The position numbers and the translations under genes were made by a program. The notes below the pieces were generated by a model. The model saw nothing but the letters and a program-made list of their open reading frames with translations, was not told the origin of the DNA and did not search any database. Below, piece by piece: positions 19,860 to 31,051 of a stretch of DNA of 64,000 nucleotides. Positions within the stretch are counted from its first letter, which is position 1. Each line of letters opens with the position of its first letter. The stretch is from Paludibacteraceae bacterium (GTDB lineage: Bacteria; Bacteroidota; Bacteroidia; Bacteroidales; Paludibacteraceae), in assembly GCA_018056165.1 (NCBI GenBank), contig JAGPGD010000002.1:7686-71685 (forward strand). The letters are read 5' to 3'.

Positions 19860-20330
19860 ATGAAAGCTAAAAATTATATTTGTATAATAATTTTAATGCT
19901 GGGTTTTGTAAATTATTTGCAAGCTCAATTGCCGGAAACTGTTGTTGAAAATTCACCTGAGCAAGAAGCCGCCAAGCAAACTGCCAGGCTTGAACAAGAA
20001 TTGAATTTGACTCTTGAACAAACAAAAAAAATTTATGAAATTAATCTTCGATATGCCAAACAACGTCAACTTTGCAATAAACGCTCAGAAGTAATGGAAC
20101 TCATCAAGAAAAAAGATGTAGAAATTCAGCAAGTATTAAGTGGAGACCAATATCAGCAGCTTCTGAACAAACGTAATGAACGTTCCACCATGCAAGTACC
20201 TACCACGGAAGGAATAAGAAATATTACGCCTTCTTATCGTCCTATAAATGAGAGAAAATCTATCGAAAGCAATTCCAGCAACAGAATGAAGCAAAAAAAT
20301 ACTTCTTCAAAGCCTTCGCCTCGAAAGTAA
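19860..20330 (+). CDS. Hypothetical secreted protein
   Basis: N-terminal signal peptide (ICIIILMLGFVNYLQAQ), then a charged, helical, low-complexity sequence. No family recognised. Confidence 0.45.
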   Translation: MKAKNYICIIILMLGFVNYLQAQLPETVVENSPEQEAAKQTARLEQELNLTLEQTKKIYEINLRYAKQRQLCNKRSEVMELIKKKDVEIQQVLSGDQYQQLLNKRNERSTMQVPTTEGIRNITPSYRPINERKSIESNSSNRMKQKNTSSKPSPRK

Positions 20331-20363
20331 AAAAGAGAAAGGAAAAATTGTTTCAATAACACA

Positions 20364-21077
20364 ATGGCTAATCCTTATTTCAAGTTTAAAAAATTTACAG
20401 TTTTTCAGGACAAATGTGCGATGAAAGTCGGTGTTGATGGCGTTTTGTTAGGAGCATGGACACCACTTGAAAATTCTATGCATATTTTAGAAGTCGGTAC
20501 AGGAACAGGTTTAATTTCAATGATGCTAGCTCAAAGAAGTAATGCTTTCATTGATGCCATTGATATTGATAAACAAGCCATTTTTCAGGCACAACAAAAT
20601 ATTAATTTTTCGCCATGGAGAAATCGTATTCAGTTATCTGAAATATCTTTTCAAGAATACGTTCAAAAGACTGCTTCGAAATATGATTTAATTGTTTCAA
20701 ATCCACCTTATTTTGTAAACTCACTGAAAGCACCTTCTGGGTCAAGAACACAGGCACGGCATGCTGACACACTTTCTCATTCAGAATTGATTGAATTGGG
20801 CAATCAAATTTTGAAACCAGCGGGCAAGATTTGCCTTATTCTACCTGTAAAAGAAGGATTGAAATGTTATTTGCATGCTTTGGAATTAAACATGGGGTGT
20901 CAGCAGTTGGTTTTTGTTTATCCTCGTATTGAACTTCCAGCAAAACGCTTGTTGCTTCACTTTTCAAAAGAGGATGCTGTGACTCGTGTAAGTAAATTGG
21001 TAATTGAAACCAGTCACCGACATCAATATACGCCTGAATTTAAAGCATTGGTTTCAGATTTTTATCTGAATTTATAA
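20364..21077 (+). CDS. tRNA1(Val) (adenine37-N6)-methyltransferase-like SAM methyltransferase (YfiC/TrmN6 family)
   Basis: SAM motif ILEVGTGTGLISMMLA and catalytic SNPPYF. 237 aa. Confidence 0.7.
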   Translation: MANPYFKFKKFTVFQDKCAMKVGVDGVLLGAWTPLENSMHILEVGTGTGLISMMLAQRSNAFIDAIDIDKQAIFQAQQNINFSPWRNRIQLSEISFQEYVQKTASKYDLIVSNPPYFVNSLKAPSGSRTQARHADTLSHSELIELGNQILKPAGKICLILPVKEGLKCYLHALELNMGCQQLVFVYPRIELPAKRLLLHFSKEDAVTRVSKLVIETSHRHQYTPEFKALVSDFYLNL

Positions 21078-21321
21078 TGATACCAGTTCATTAACTGGCA
21101 TAAGTGGCTACCAAAATATCGACGCTACGTACCTTTTTTGATATACATTGCAGAAACAATTCTGAACGGTGTTGTTAATTATGTTCAGAAAAAAGAAAAA
21201 CAACCTGATGAATAAGGTAATTTCGAAAATTCTATCATTTTTTATGAGGAAGGTGAATTATAAGCCTCTTGCTGTTTTACCGTTTCAGGAAGGTGCTATA
21301 AAAATCAAATTTTTTATAATT

Positions 21322-22041
21322 TTATTTCTTTATAAGCAATTTTTTAGAAGTTTTATCATAGTACGGTAAAACCTCTGTTGTATCCATTTGTAAACAAAAA
21401 TAATAATCTGCTTCCAAATGATGAGAAAATAATCGGTGAGCGTGTTCTGTATTTTTCAAAAAGTTTTCAAGATCATTACCAGCCAGTTGCCAAAGAGATT
21501 GAGCTGTTATCACTGCATCTGAGCAAGGCTCAAAATTTCCTTCTTTTATCAATCGTTCAGCCAAAGCTCCTCCAAAAACAGCATCTTCGAGATTAAAGCG
21601 ATTGTTCCATCCAGCACAAAGAACCAACACCTCTTTTTTATTTGTCAGACAAAAGTTTGTAACTGCTGTTAGGTTAGAAAAACAACCAATTATTACTTCC
21701 CATTCGCTGGAAGCTGAATTAATTGCCTGTGTCCCATTCGTGGTAGTAAAAACAATTTCTTTGCCTTTTACCATTTCAGGTGTGTATTCAAACGGCGAAT
21801 TGCCTGCATCGGCAAAATCACATTTTTCTACATTTCGTTCAGCTCCTACTATCCAGCCTTGATTTTTATATCGCAAAGCTTCTTCAATAGTTGCCACGGG
21901 TATAATGGCATTGGCACCAGCAGCAAAAGCAGCACATATCGTAGTAGAAGCTCTAAAAACATCTACCATTACTACCATTCTTGCCTCTGACGTTTGGTAA
22001 TAAGGATATAAAGCAGGAGAAAAACAAATATCTATTTTCAT
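21322..22041 (-). CDS. 2-phosphosulfolactate phosphatase (ComB) family protein
   Basis: N-terminal VVMVDVFRASTTICAAFAAGANAIIPV is typical of the ComB family. 239 aa. Confidence 0.7.
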   Translation of the reverse strand: MKIDICFSPALYPYYQTSEARMVVMVDVFRASTTICAAFAAGANAIIPVATIEEALRYKNQGWIVGAERNVEKCDFADAGNSPFEYTPEMVKGKEIVFTTTNGTQAINSASSEWEVIIGCFSNLTAVTNFCLTNKKEVLVLCAGWNNRFNLEDAVFGGALAERLIKEGNFEPCSDAVITAQSLWQLAGNDLENFLKNTEHAHRLFSHHLEADYYFCLQMDTTEVLPYYDKTSKKLLIKK

Positions 22042-22095
22042 TAGAATTTTTTTTTGTTTGATTATCTTTTCTCAATTTTCATCAAGAAATAAATG

Positions 22096-22135
22096 AAAAA
22101 GAATGAGTCTTTGTTTTAAAGGGCTCATTCTTTTT
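22096..22135 (-). terminator. Hairpin terminator downstream of pckA
   Basis: Stem AAAAAGAATGAG / CTCATTCTTTTT (12 bp) with a 16-nt loop and A/T runs on both sides, immediately after the pckA stop. Confidence 0.55.
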
Positions 22136-22162
22136 CAGTGAGTGGATTTTTATTGTGAGAAA

Positions 22163-23758
22163 TTATAATTGTGGACCTGAAACAAGCAAAACACGAGCAT
22201 CTTCATTATCACAATATTGTTCAAAATATTTAATATACTGTTTAGCCAACGATTTTGCTTTTTCTTCCCATTCTCCTGAATTGGCATATGTATTTCTTGG
22301 ATCCAGAATTTTTGGATCTACATTGTTTAATGAAGTTGGAACGGTTAGATTCATAATAGGAATATGGGTAGTTGGAGCTTTTTCGATTGAGCCATCGATG
22401 ATGGCATCAATAATAGCACGCGTATCCTTGATTGAAATACGTTTCCCGGTACCATTCCAGCCAGTATTTACTAGATAAGCTTTGGCATTGTGCTTCTTCA
22501 TTTTTTCAGCCAACACTTTAGCATAAATAGTAGGATGAAGTGTGAGAAAAGCTTCACCAAAAGCAGGTGAGAAAGAAGGAACAGGTTCATTAATACCTCT
22601 TTCAGTACCAGCTAATTTTGAAGTATATCCACAAAGGAAATGATATTGAGCTGATTTTTCATCCAGAATAGAAACAGGAGGCAAAACTCCATAAGCATCA
22701 GCCGAAAGATAAATAATTTTACTTGCGTGTCCAGCTTTTGAAGGTAACACAATCTTGTTAATATAATAAATTGGATAAGAGACACGAGTATTTTCAGTTT
22801 TTGATGCAGCTTTTGAAAAATCAGGCGTCCCGTCAGGCAAAACCGTTACATTTTCCAGCAAGGCATCTCGTCTGATAGCTCCCCAAATATCGGGTTCATT
22901 TTCTTTGCTCAAGTCAATAACTTTTGCATAGCAGCCACCTTCATAATTAAAGATGCCGTGATCATCCCAACCGTGTTCATCGTCACCAATCAGATAACGT
23001 TTTGGGTCAGCAGAAAGAGTTGTTTTTCCAGTACCAGAAAGGCCAAAGAAAATAGCTACATCTCCCTCTTCTCCTACGTTTGCAGAGCAGTGCATGGAAG
23101 CAATTCCTCTTTGAGGAAGATAGAAATTCATTAAAGAAAAAATACCTTTTTTCATTTCGCCGCCATACCAGGTGCCTCCAATAACTGCCATGTGTTGTGA
23201 AAGATTGAATAAAACAAATACTTCTGAGTGAAGTCCATGTTCTTTCCAATTTGGATCGGTTACTTTTGAAGCATTGATCAAAGTAAAATCAGGTTCTCCA
23301 AAATTTGCTAATTCATAATGAGAAGGACGAATAAACATATTGGTAACAAAATGTGCTTGCCAGGCTACTTCCATAATAAAACGCACTTTCATACGTGTAT
23401 CTTTGTTTGTGCCACAGAAAGCATCCACTATGTATAATTTTTTTGCCTTTGATAAATGGTCAGTTGCTAATTTTTTACAATCATTCCAAGCTTCAACAGT
23501 AATAGGTTTGTTAATCTCGCCGTCCCACCACATGGTATTTTCAGTAACTTCGTCTTTTACAAAAAATTTGTCTTTGGGAGAACGACCCGTAAATATGCCG
23601 GTATCAACTGCTACCGCCCCCAAATTAGTAACTACACCTCTTTCAAAACCATTATTAGAAGGGTCTGTTTCTGCACGAAACAACTGTTCGTACGTTGGAT
23701 TGTATACGATTTCGATATTATTCGAAATTCCGTATTTACTTACATCAATTTTTGTCAT
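22163..23758 (-). CDS. pckA: Phosphoenolpyruvate carboxykinase (ATP)
   Basis: Kinase-1a motif [16 protein letters not shown], then IGDDEHGW, with full-length similarity to ATP-dependent PEPCK. 531 aa. Confidence 0.95.
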   Translation of the reverse strand: MTKIDVSKYGISNNIEIVYNPTYEQLFRAETDPSNNGFERGVVTNLGAVAVDTGIFTGRSPKDKFFVKDEVTENTMWWDGEINKPITVEAWNDCKKLATDHLSKAKKLYIVDAFCGTNKDTRMKVRFIMEVAWQAHFVTNMFIRPSHYELANFGEPDFTLINASKVTDPNWKEHGLHSEVFVLFNLSQHMAVIGGTWYGGEMKKGIFSLMNFYLPQRGIASMHCSANVGEEGDVAIFFGLSGTGKTTLSADPKRYLIGDDEHGWDDHGIFNYEGGCYAKVIDLSKENEPDIWGAIRRDALLENVTVLPDGTPDFSKAASKTENTRVSYPIYYINKIVLPSKAGHASKIIYLSADAYGVLPPVSILDEKSAQYHFLCGYTSKLAGTERGINEPVPSFSPAFGEAFLTLHPTIYAKVLAEKMKKHNAKAYLVNTGWNGTGKRISIKDTRAIIDAIIDGSIEKAPTTHIPIMNLTVPTSLNNVDPKILDPRNTYANSGEWEEKAKSLAKQYIKYFEQYCDNEDARVLLVSGPQL

Positions 23759-24106
23759 TTTTTTAATTTAAAAGTTGATTAATTATCTTTTAAAATTTAT
23801 TTTTCAGTTTGCAAAATTACCACAAAATTTTTATGTAACAATAGAATTAAAGAAAAAATTCTTTAATTGGCGACTAAAATTTAATCATTTTTCATTTTTT
23901 ATGGTAAATGTATAGGTTAAAAGGGATAAAATAAACTTTCTTATACTTATATAACAATTCATTAAACATTTTGTCAAAAATATAAAGTCAAAAAATTATT
24001 TTTTATTGTCCATTAAAATTTTATGAATTTAGATTTAAAAAATCCTGAAAAATTGAAAAAAGCATATATTTATTAAGGAAGACAAGTCGTTTTAGAATAA
24101 AAATTG

Positions 24107-24114
24107 TATTTTTG
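24107..24114 (+). promoter_or_regulatory. -7 promoter box TATTTTTG upstream of dut
   Basis: TAnnTTTG match 100 nt upstream of the ATG at 24214. Confidence 0.3.
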
Positions 24115-24213
24115 TAGAGAAGTTAAGGTAAAAAGAAAATGTAATAACCACTTATGTGATGGAGGGTAAAAATATATTTTTGAAATTTTATAAAAGCATT
24201 ACAAATTAACTTT

Positions 24214-24645
24214 ATGAAAGTAAAAATTGTTAATCGCTCAAAACATTCATTGCCGGCATATAAAACTATATTATCAGCAGGAATGGACTTACAGGCAAAT
24301 CTTGATGAACCAGTCACTTTAAAACCTTTCGAACGAAAATTAATTCCTACGGGTCTATATGTTGAATTACCATCAGGTTACGAAGCTCAGATAAGACCAA
24401 GAAGTGGTCTCGCAATTCAAAAAGGAATTACCGTGCTCAATTCTCCTGGCACGATTGATGCTGATTATCGAGGTGAAATTTGTGTGATTCTTATCAATTT
24501 GTCAACAGAAGATTTCGTTGTTAATAATGGCGATCGAATTTGTCAAATGATTATTGCACCGTACACTCAAGTAGAATGGGAAGAAACAGAAGAACTTAAT
24601 CACACTTTACGAGGCAAAGGCGGTTTTGGTCATACAGGCTATTGA
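24214..24645 (+). CDS. dut: dUTP diphosphatase
   Basis: Motifs [22 protein letters not shown] and GGFGHTG. 143 aa. Confidence 0.95.
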   Translation: MKVKIVNRSKHSLPAYKTILSAGMDLQANLDEPVTLKPFERKLIPTGLYVELPSGYEAQIRPRSGLAIQKGITVLNSPGTIDADYRGEICVILINLSTEDFVVNNGDRICQMIIAPYTQVEWEETEELNHTLRGKGGFGHTGY

Positions 24646-24693
24646 TAATTAATCTTTTATGTCGTTGTTCTTATAATTTTAAAAACAATTTTC

Positions 24694-26469
24694 ATGCAAC
24701 ATCAATTTTGTTATTTTGCTTACCTTATTGTGATGCTGAGTTTTATGTCTTGTTCGATTCTGAAACCAAATACAAATAAGCAAATTTCTGAAAAGAAGTC
24801 ACTTAATACAATTGAACAACGGCAATTTGATTATTTTTTTTATGAGGCAATTCGCTTGAAAGAAAATGGGCAATTGGATGAAGCCATCGAAAATTTTTTA
24901 ATGTCTTTCTACCTTAATCCGCTGGATGCAGAGGTCCAATCACAACTCGGTTTGCTTTATAACAACGCTGGCTTGCCAAATGAAGCCATACAATTTATGG
25001 AAAATGCAGTGAATTTGCAGTCGAATAACTGGTGGTACAATATGACTCTCATTAATATGTATTCACAACAAAAAAAGTGGGAGAATGCTATTCAATTAGC
25101 TACTGTGGTCCAAAAAAAATATCCTCAAAAGGAAGATATTTATAATGTTTTATCTTTTCTTTATAAACAAACAGGTAATATTGGTAAAGCCATTAATACT
25201 TATAATCAACTTGAAAATCTCGTGGGAGTTCATGAAGCAATCTCGTTTGAAAAAATAAAACTTTATTTTCAAGTGAACAAGGATAAAAAGGCATTATCAG
25301 AAATTGATAAGTTAATAGACAAATTTCCTTCTGAAAGTCGCTATCAAGTTTTGAAAGGGGATCTTTTTCTTCAAACAGATCAACTTGAAAAAGCTTATCA
25401 AATTTATATGAAAGTTATGCAAGATGATCCTCAAAATCCTTATGTATATGTTTCTTTGTCAGACTATTATAAAAAAATAAATCAGCCAGAAAAATCGCTC
25501 GAAGCAATTGTAAATGCCCTCAAAAGTGATCAGTTGGACGTTGATTCAAAAATTTCAATTTTAGGTCAATATATGAATCAATTGATTCAGGACAAGGAAA
25601 AATTGGATGAAATGGACAATCTTTTTAAGTTGTTAGTAGAAAGATACCCTCTCGAAGAACAAGTTCACGCGTATTATGCCTTGTTTTTAGAATATCAAAA
25701 ACGCAGTGATGAAGCGATTTCGGAACTTGAAACGATGTTGAACATCAACTCAAAGAATGAACAGACATGGCTGCAATTAATCCATATTTATTGGGATCAA
25801 AAAAATTATGAGAAAATAGCAGAAGTTGCTGAACGAGCAATGAAAGAACTTCCTGAAAATCCTCAATTTTATTTTTATCAAGGCATTGCTCAATTTCAAT
25901 TGGAAAATTATCGGTTGGCATTAAAAAGTTTGCAGCTTGCTCTCACTCTTATTCCCGATAACAACATTCAACAAAAGCTGAAATGTGATATTTATTCTCA
26001 AATAGGTGATACTTATTATAAGCTCAGCAAGAAAGATTCTGCTTTTATAGCTTATGAAGAAGCTTTGAAAGCTGATCCTGAAAATATTTATGTAATGAAT
26101 AACTATGCGTATTATTTAGCATTGGAGAAAGAAAATTTAAGTAAGGCGGAACGAATGAGTGCTAAAACAGTAGAATTACAGCCTCGAAATAGTACTTTTC
26201 TTGATACTTATGCGTGGGTATTATTTCAGGAAAAAAATTGTTCATTGGCAAAATTTTATATTGAACGTGCCATTGATAATCTCGAAAAAGAGCAAGAAAA
26301 CGGTGTAATTTATGAACATTACGGAGATATATTGTGGGAGTGTGATTTTGATAAGAAAAAAGCTGTGGAAATGTGGAAGAAAGCTTTAGAAGAAGGGAAT
26401 CATTCGGAGGAACTTCAACAAAAAATTCAAAAAGCACTTTCAGCTATGCCTGAAAACGAACAAAAATGA
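24694..26469 (+). CDS. TPR-repeat lipoprotein
   Basis: Lipoprotein-type signal (LSFMSC) followed by many TPR-like repeats. 591 aa. Confidence 0.7.
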   Translation: MQHQFCYFAYLIVMLSFMSCSILKPNTNKQISEKKSLNTIEQRQFDYFFYEAIRLKENGQLDEAIENFLMSFYLNPLDAEVQSQLGLLYNNAGLPNEAIQFMENAVNLQSNNWWYNMTLINMYSQQKKWENAIQLATVVQKKYPQKEDIYNVLSFLYKQTGNIGKAINTYNQLENLVGVHEAISFEKIKLYFQVNKDKKALSEIDKLIDKFPSESRYQVLKGDLFLQTDQLEKAYQIYMKVMQDDPQNPYVYVSLSDYYKKINQPEKSLEAIVNALKSDQLDVDSKISILGQYMNQLIQDKEKLDEMDNLFKLLVERYPLEEQVHAYYALFLEYQKRSDEAISELETMLNINSKNEQTWLQLIHIYWDQKNYEKIAEVAERAMKELPENPQFYFYQGIAQFQLENYRLALKSLQLALTLIPDNNIQQKLKCDIYSQIGDTYYKLSKKDSAFIAYEEALKADPENIYVMNNYAYYLALEKENLSKAERMSAKTVELQPRNSTFLDTYAWVLFQEKNCSLAKFYIERAIDNLEKEQENGVIYEHYGDILWECDFDKKKAVEMWKKALEEGNHSEELQQKIQKALSAMPENEQK

Positions 26470-26524
26470 GAAAATCGTTGCTTTCAAATAATTTTACTTT
26501 GTTATTTTTAAAACTTTGCCTTTC

Positions 26525-27316
26525 ATGAAACAAAAGATTAAAATATTCTTTTTCTTTTTGGTGCTATTGAGCTCTTGTAAAACAATCAAACAGGTTCCGG
26601 TTACACAGTTACCAAAAGATTTAAACACTCAAAAGGTGATTGAATACTTAAAGTTGCAGGACAATATTCAAAGTATGAATGCCAGTAAAATCAAAATGAA
26701 TTTAAAATTAGACAATAGAGAATTTAATGTTACTTCTTCTTTCTTAATGATTAAAGATTCTGCTATTCATATTTCTATTCAGCCTTTTTTGGGATTGGAG
26801 TTGTATAAAATTGAAATGGCTCCGCAGATAATTAAAATTTTCGATAAGATAAATCAAAAATATTATGTTGTCAATTATGAATTTTTGAGTGATCGTTTAG
26901 GAGTTCACATTGATTTTTATCATTTGCAGGCTTTATTAACAAACCGTTATTTTTGTTTGGCTGGTAGTGAAAATGGTTGTCGGATTTTGACAAATAACTC
27001 AGAAAAAATTAATTTCGGATTTGAAAATGAAAATTTTAAACAATCTTTAACCATTATACCTAATTTCTATATTCACGAACTTCTATTGTTGGATAAGAAA
27101 AGTAATTCTCAATTGTTGGCAACTTACGATGATTTCGACACACAAGATGGTGTACTTTATCCACGAAAAGTTTCTATTCAGGTGAATCAACCTAAAAAAA
27201 ATGTTTATTGTGACATAACCATTTCTAAAGTCTCTTTTAATAAGGAAATAAAATTAGTTCCAACAGACGAAAAAAGGTTTAAACGAGCATTCATTGAACA
27301 ATTATTACAAAAATAA
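26525..27316 (+). CDS. DUF4292-like lipoprotein
   Basis: Signal and lipobox (FFFLVLLSSC). It sits in the dut - TPR - DUF4292 - M23 gene string that I recall as conserved in Bacteroidetes. The track start at 26516 is a TTG; the ATG at 26525 is preferred. Confidence 0.5.
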   Translation: MKQKIKIFFFFLVLLSSCKTIKQVPVTQLPKDLNTQKVIEYLKLQDNIQSMNASKIKMNLKLDNREFNVTSSFLMIKDSAIHISIQPFLGLELYKIEMAPQIIKIFDKINQKYYVVNYEFLSDRLGVHIDFYHLQALLTNRYFCLAGSENGCRILTNNSEKINFGFENENFKQSLTIIPNFYIHELLLLDKKSNSQLLATYDDFDTQDGVLYPRKVSIQVNQPKKNVYCDITISKVSFNKEIKLVPTDEKRFKRAFIEQLLQK

Positions 27317-27342
27317 GTGTTCTCTGTTATTTTAAAAAGCCT

Positions 27343-28641
27343 ATGCATTTTTCATTTCAACATAAGTTTTTTTTACTTGCTTTTTTATTGAGTTTTTCTT
27401 TTGCACTTTGTGTTTCATCACAAAGTGTAAAACAACTTGAAGAACAGCGAAAGCAAACTTTGCAACAACTTGAGATAACTAATAAACTGTTGAATGAAAC
27501 TAAACGATCTCAAAAAAGTTCATTGAACAAGCTTACCATTCTCGATAAGAGCATCAAAGAACGTACCCGACTGGTCAACACAATGAACAAAGAAATAGAA
27601 CAACTAGATATTGAGATGAAAAAATTGGCACAGGAAAAGGCGGAACTTGAAAAAAAACTTCAGCAATTAAAAAATGATTATGCAAGGCTGGTTCAGGAAG
27701 CATATATCAATCGAAGTATTTATTCAAAAATTATGTTTGTGCTCTCTGCTGAAACATTTGATCAGTCTATTCGACGTTTGAGATATTTAAAAGAATACAG
27801 TGATTACCGAAAAATGCAGGTGAAAGAAATAGAAAGAGTTGAAAAAGAAATTCAACAGAAAAATGATAGTCTGGCTGCTCATAAACAAACGTTGGCTCAA
27901 GTTGTAAAACAAAAAGAAATTGAAACCAAAAAACTTTCCGAAGAGAAAAAGAAAGAAAATGTCGTGTTGAATGACCTAAAAAAGAAAGAAAAGAATTTAC
28001 GATCTGAAATAACTGCACAGCAAAAGAAAGCCAATGAGCTGAACAAGAGGATCGAATATTTAATTGCCGAAGAAATTCGCAAAGCCGAAGCAAAAAAGAA
28101 AGCAGAAGAAAAATTAAGGCAAGAATCAGCCAAAGGAACTTCTAAAAAAACCGCTAAAGAAAAATCAGCAGAACAAGCAAAGTTAGCGGCAGCGGCTGCA
28201 TTGACTAAAGAAGAAGCCCTGCTTTCGGATAATTTTGAAAGCAACAAGGGAAGATTACCCTGGCCAGTAGCAAATGGTTTTATTAGTGGACATTTTGGTA
28301 TTCAACAACATCCTGTTTTAAAATATGTTACTACCAATAATAAAGGAATTTACATACAAACTACTGCCAATACCAATGCAAGAGCAGTTTTTGATGGCAC
28401 TGTTACGCAACGCTTTGCTGTACCGGGCAGCAACAATGCTGTAATAATTCAACATGGAGAATACCGTACTGTGTATGCAAATTTGACTGAAATATTTGTT
28501 ACAGTAGGGCAGAAGGTAAAAGCAAAACAACCTATTGGTAGAATTTATACCGACCGAGATAAAGATAATAAGACTGAACTTTATTTTCAGTTGTGGAAAA
28601 GTAAAACGTTACTTGATCCTGAACCGTGGCTGGCTCATTAA
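27343..28641 (+). CDS. EnvC-like murein hydrolase activator (coiled coil plus degenerate M23/LytM domain)
   Basis: Signal peptide, a ~270-aa coiled coil, and a C-terminal LytM-like domain (VIIQHGEYRTVYANL, ELYFQLWK) in which the usual HxH metal ligands are not evident. Confidence 0.7.
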   Translation: MHFSFQHKFFLLAFLLSFSFALCVSSQSVKQLEEQRKQTLQQLEITNKLLNETKRSQKSSLNKLTILDKSIKERTRLVNTMNKEIEQLDIEMKKLAQEKAELEKKLQQLKNDYARLVQEAYINRSIYSKIMFVLSAETFDQSIRRLRYLKEYSDYRKMQVKEIERVEKEIQQKNDSLAAHKQTLAQVVKQKEIETKKLSEEKKKENVVLNDLKKKEKNLRSEITAQQKKANELNKRIEYLIAEEIRKAEAKKKAEEKLRQESAKGTSKKTAKEKSAEQAKLAAAAALTKEEALLSDNFESNKGRLPWPVANGFISGHFGIQQHPVLKYVTTNNKGIYIQTTANTNARAVFDGTVTQRFAVPGSNNAVIIQHGEYRTVYANLTEIFVTVGQKVKAKQPIGRIYTDRDKDNKTELYFQLWKSKTLLDPEPWLAH

Positions 28642-28988
28642 AAAGCATTACTGTCCGATTAAAGAAATGTTTTAAGGTTATTTGTTTTCAATAAATTGAT
28701 GTTCAGACATTATATTTTTAAATTTGATTGTTTTTTACCCCAAATTAAGCTTTCAAAAATAGAAAATTTCATTTTTTCAAATCGAATTGCTTTATATCCT
28801 GCTCATTATAAATAATTAAGCCCTAATTTTTTTCTAAAATATTTCTAATGATACTCATTAGAAAATCTTGCACCTTATCGTCTGATTTACAATTAACTGT
28901 AACTGCATTTCTTTCTAATGCTGAATCTGGATTTAATGGATTTTTGTTTTGCAGTAGTTAGTTTGCTGGTAGCTTTTTTGGAAAATTC

Positions 28989-29627
28989 TTATTTTGAAGG
29001 TGAAATTTCTGTTTGCTGCGGATTGGGAGGAAAAGAATCTTGTGATTCTTCGTATGGGAATATACCTTTTACCTTGTGGAAGACATAATAATTCATTGAC
29101 TGATCCGATTCAAATCCAATGGCATTGATAATTTGAGTTGGACGTGTTACTTTAATCAAACTATCAGAATAAATTCGTTCGCTGTTTTGATCCCAGAAAA
29201 GTTGTTCAGTTTCAAATAATTCTCCTTTTAAGTTGGTTGCTTTTACATTACCTTTTAATTCCCACAGTTTCTGATTAATATAATATTTTGCATATTTGCT
29301 GTGAATATTGGCATCTACATGCAGATTCATATCGAAACGTTCCAAGTGAATACCATAAGGAAATTCCCAATAGGGCTCCGGAACTTTATCGTAAATATCC
29401 CACTGCGGAGCAGAAATACGGTAGCGGGTAATTCCGGAATCGGAAATAATAGTAGTAACATCGGTTGCATGAAGGTTTGGAGTAGCTGCTCTGTCCGTAA
29501 TAGCTTGAATTATTTCAGGCTTTTCTTTATTACAACCTATCATGAAAAAGAACATAACAACTATATTAAAAATAATTGTTAAGTTCTTGTAATTCAATTG
29601 AAATTTATTCTTCAAATTTTGTATCAT
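28989..29627 (-). CDS. lptC: LPS export periplasmic protein LptC
   Basis: Lipobox MIGC and LptC-like beta-jellyroll sequence (TTIISDSGITRYRISAPQWDIY...). The ATG at 29627 overlaps the upstream stop (TGATG). The track ORF extends to 29663. Confidence 0.65.
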   Translation of the reverse strand: MIQNLKNKFQLNYKNLTIIFNIVVMFFFMIGCNKEKPEIIQAITDRAATPNLHATDVTTIISDSGITRYRISAPQWDIYDKVPEPYWEFPYGIHLERFDMNLHVDANIHSKYAKYYINQKLWELKGNVKATNLKGELFETEQLFWDQNSERIYSDSLIKVTRPTQIINAIGFESDQSMNYYVFHKVKGIFPYEESQDSFPPNPQQTEISPSK

Positions 29628-31024
29628 CAATATGGTCTGCAAATGGTAGTTTCTCCTATCCATCCTCCAACATAAAATGATTTCCCTTCTTCTAATTCAG
29701 GATGGAAGAAAATATCCTCTTTAGAGGGGAAATACCTACTATAAGTTTGGATTAATTTATCCGCTTCTTCTCTAATTTTAGGATCTGGGTCTACTTGTTT
29801 TGCTTTTATAAACTTATCTACTGCTACCCAAAAAACAGTTTTAGCTAAAACCGGATCCTCATAAATTCCTTTTGTATTTGCATACATTATTCCAATCAAC
29901 AGATAAGCACTGCCATTGTTGGGATTGTATTCTAATGATTTACGAGCATAATCTCTTGCTTTCAGATAATTTTGCAATTCTGAATAATAAATTTGAGCTA
30001 TCTTATATAAATAATCAGCCTTTTCATTGTTATTTGTTGCCAAATTAGCGGCTTCTTCATAAAATTGAATTGCTTGATTGAAATTCTTTTTTTTGTATGA
30101 CATTTCAGCACATGCATTAGCCGATGTAGCAGTTGGTTGTATTTTATGGGCAGCAATGGCTGCTTGGAAATAAACCTGAGAGTCAAAACAACCAATTCGA
30201 CTATAAAAATCTAATACATTATTCAAGTACTCTAAATTTGAAATGTTTTGAGATACTTTCGATTTATAAATTTCATCTAAAGTTTTACAATCAGCAGCAC
30301 CACTTTGAGCAAACATTACATCTAATCCTTGCTTTATTTGACTGGCTAATTCAGCATATTTAAATTCGGGATTATTAATTTGAGCTTCAAGAATTTCATT
30401 AACTTTTAAATAATCAGCAATAAATTTTTCTGCATGTGTAGGTTCTGCCTTGTAAATATTGTAAGACAACATTATAAATTGTCTAAGAACTTCTAATTCA
30501 GAATTTTCTTTCATCCCATCAATGGATTGCTCTAACCATTCATAAGCAGGTTTTTTTAAATCATCTCCTTTTACATAAGTGATGTAGTCTAAGGCTTTTA
30601 CTCCTAAAATCCAAGGAGTTGGATAGCGACTGTCATCTCCGAAATATTGAATGCGTTTGTCATACATTCTCATTAATTCATCAAAGGTTTCTTTGTAGGA
30701 GGTTTGATCTTTTGCCTGTCCTAACTTCCACTGGAGAATTTCTCTACCTCTGGTGTATATCACTTTATTTGCTCCTGGACATTCATTGTAAGCTGATAAC
30801 CAGGGACCATAAGCATCAGCATATTGTTTATTTTTAGCTGATTCATTGAATAAACTGATATAAATCAAACACATCGAATCAGTTACCTGCTGTGAAGGGT
30901 TTTGAGTACTTGTGAATTCCTGATCCGTAGCTTTTGTTTTATCTTTCTTATCTTTTTGAGCAAATCCTTTAGGACTGAGAAGGATCAAACCCATCAAGAA
31001 CAAAATTGTTATTTTAGTTTTCAT
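29627..31024 (-). CDS. TPR-like secreted protein, function unknown
   Basis: Signal peptide and helical-repeat content. 465 aa, translationally coupled to lptC. Confidence 0.5.
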   Translation of the reverse strand: MKTKITILFLMGLILLSPKGFAQKDKKDKTKATDQEFTSTQNPSQQVTDSMCLIYISLFNESAKNKQYADAYGPWLSAYNECPGANKVIYTRGREILQWKLGQAKDQTSYKETFDELMRMYDKRIQYFGDDSRYPTPWILGVKALDYITYVKGDDLKKPAYEWLEQSIDGMKENSELEVLRQFIMLSYNIYKAEPTHAEKFIADYLKVNEILEAQINNPEFKYAELASQIKQGLDVMFAQSGAADCKTLDEIYKSKVSQNISNLEYLNNVLDFYSRIGCFDSQVYFQAAIAAHKIQPTATSANACAEMSYKKKNFNQAIQFYEEAANLATNNNEKADYLYKIAQIYYSELQNYLKARDYARKSLEYNPNNGSAYLLIGIMYANTKGIYEDPVLAKTVFWVAVDKFIKAKQVDPDPKIREEADKLIQTYSRYFPSKEDIFFHPELEEGKSFYVGGWIGETTICRPY

Positions 31025-31051
31025 AATAAAAAAATATTTTTAAAAGTTGTT

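Noticed and set aside
21169-21369. 66-aa ORF between the methyltransferase gene and the ComB-like gene.
   Set aside because: Low-complexity AT-rich translation that overlaps the 3' end of the convergent ComB-like gene.
28842-28864. 10-bp perfect hairpin (TTTCTAATGA TAC TCATTAGAAA) between the convergent M23 and lptC genes, as a bidirectional terminator.
   Set aside because: It is plausible, but it is not followed by a clear U-tract in either direction, so it was left out of the feature list.
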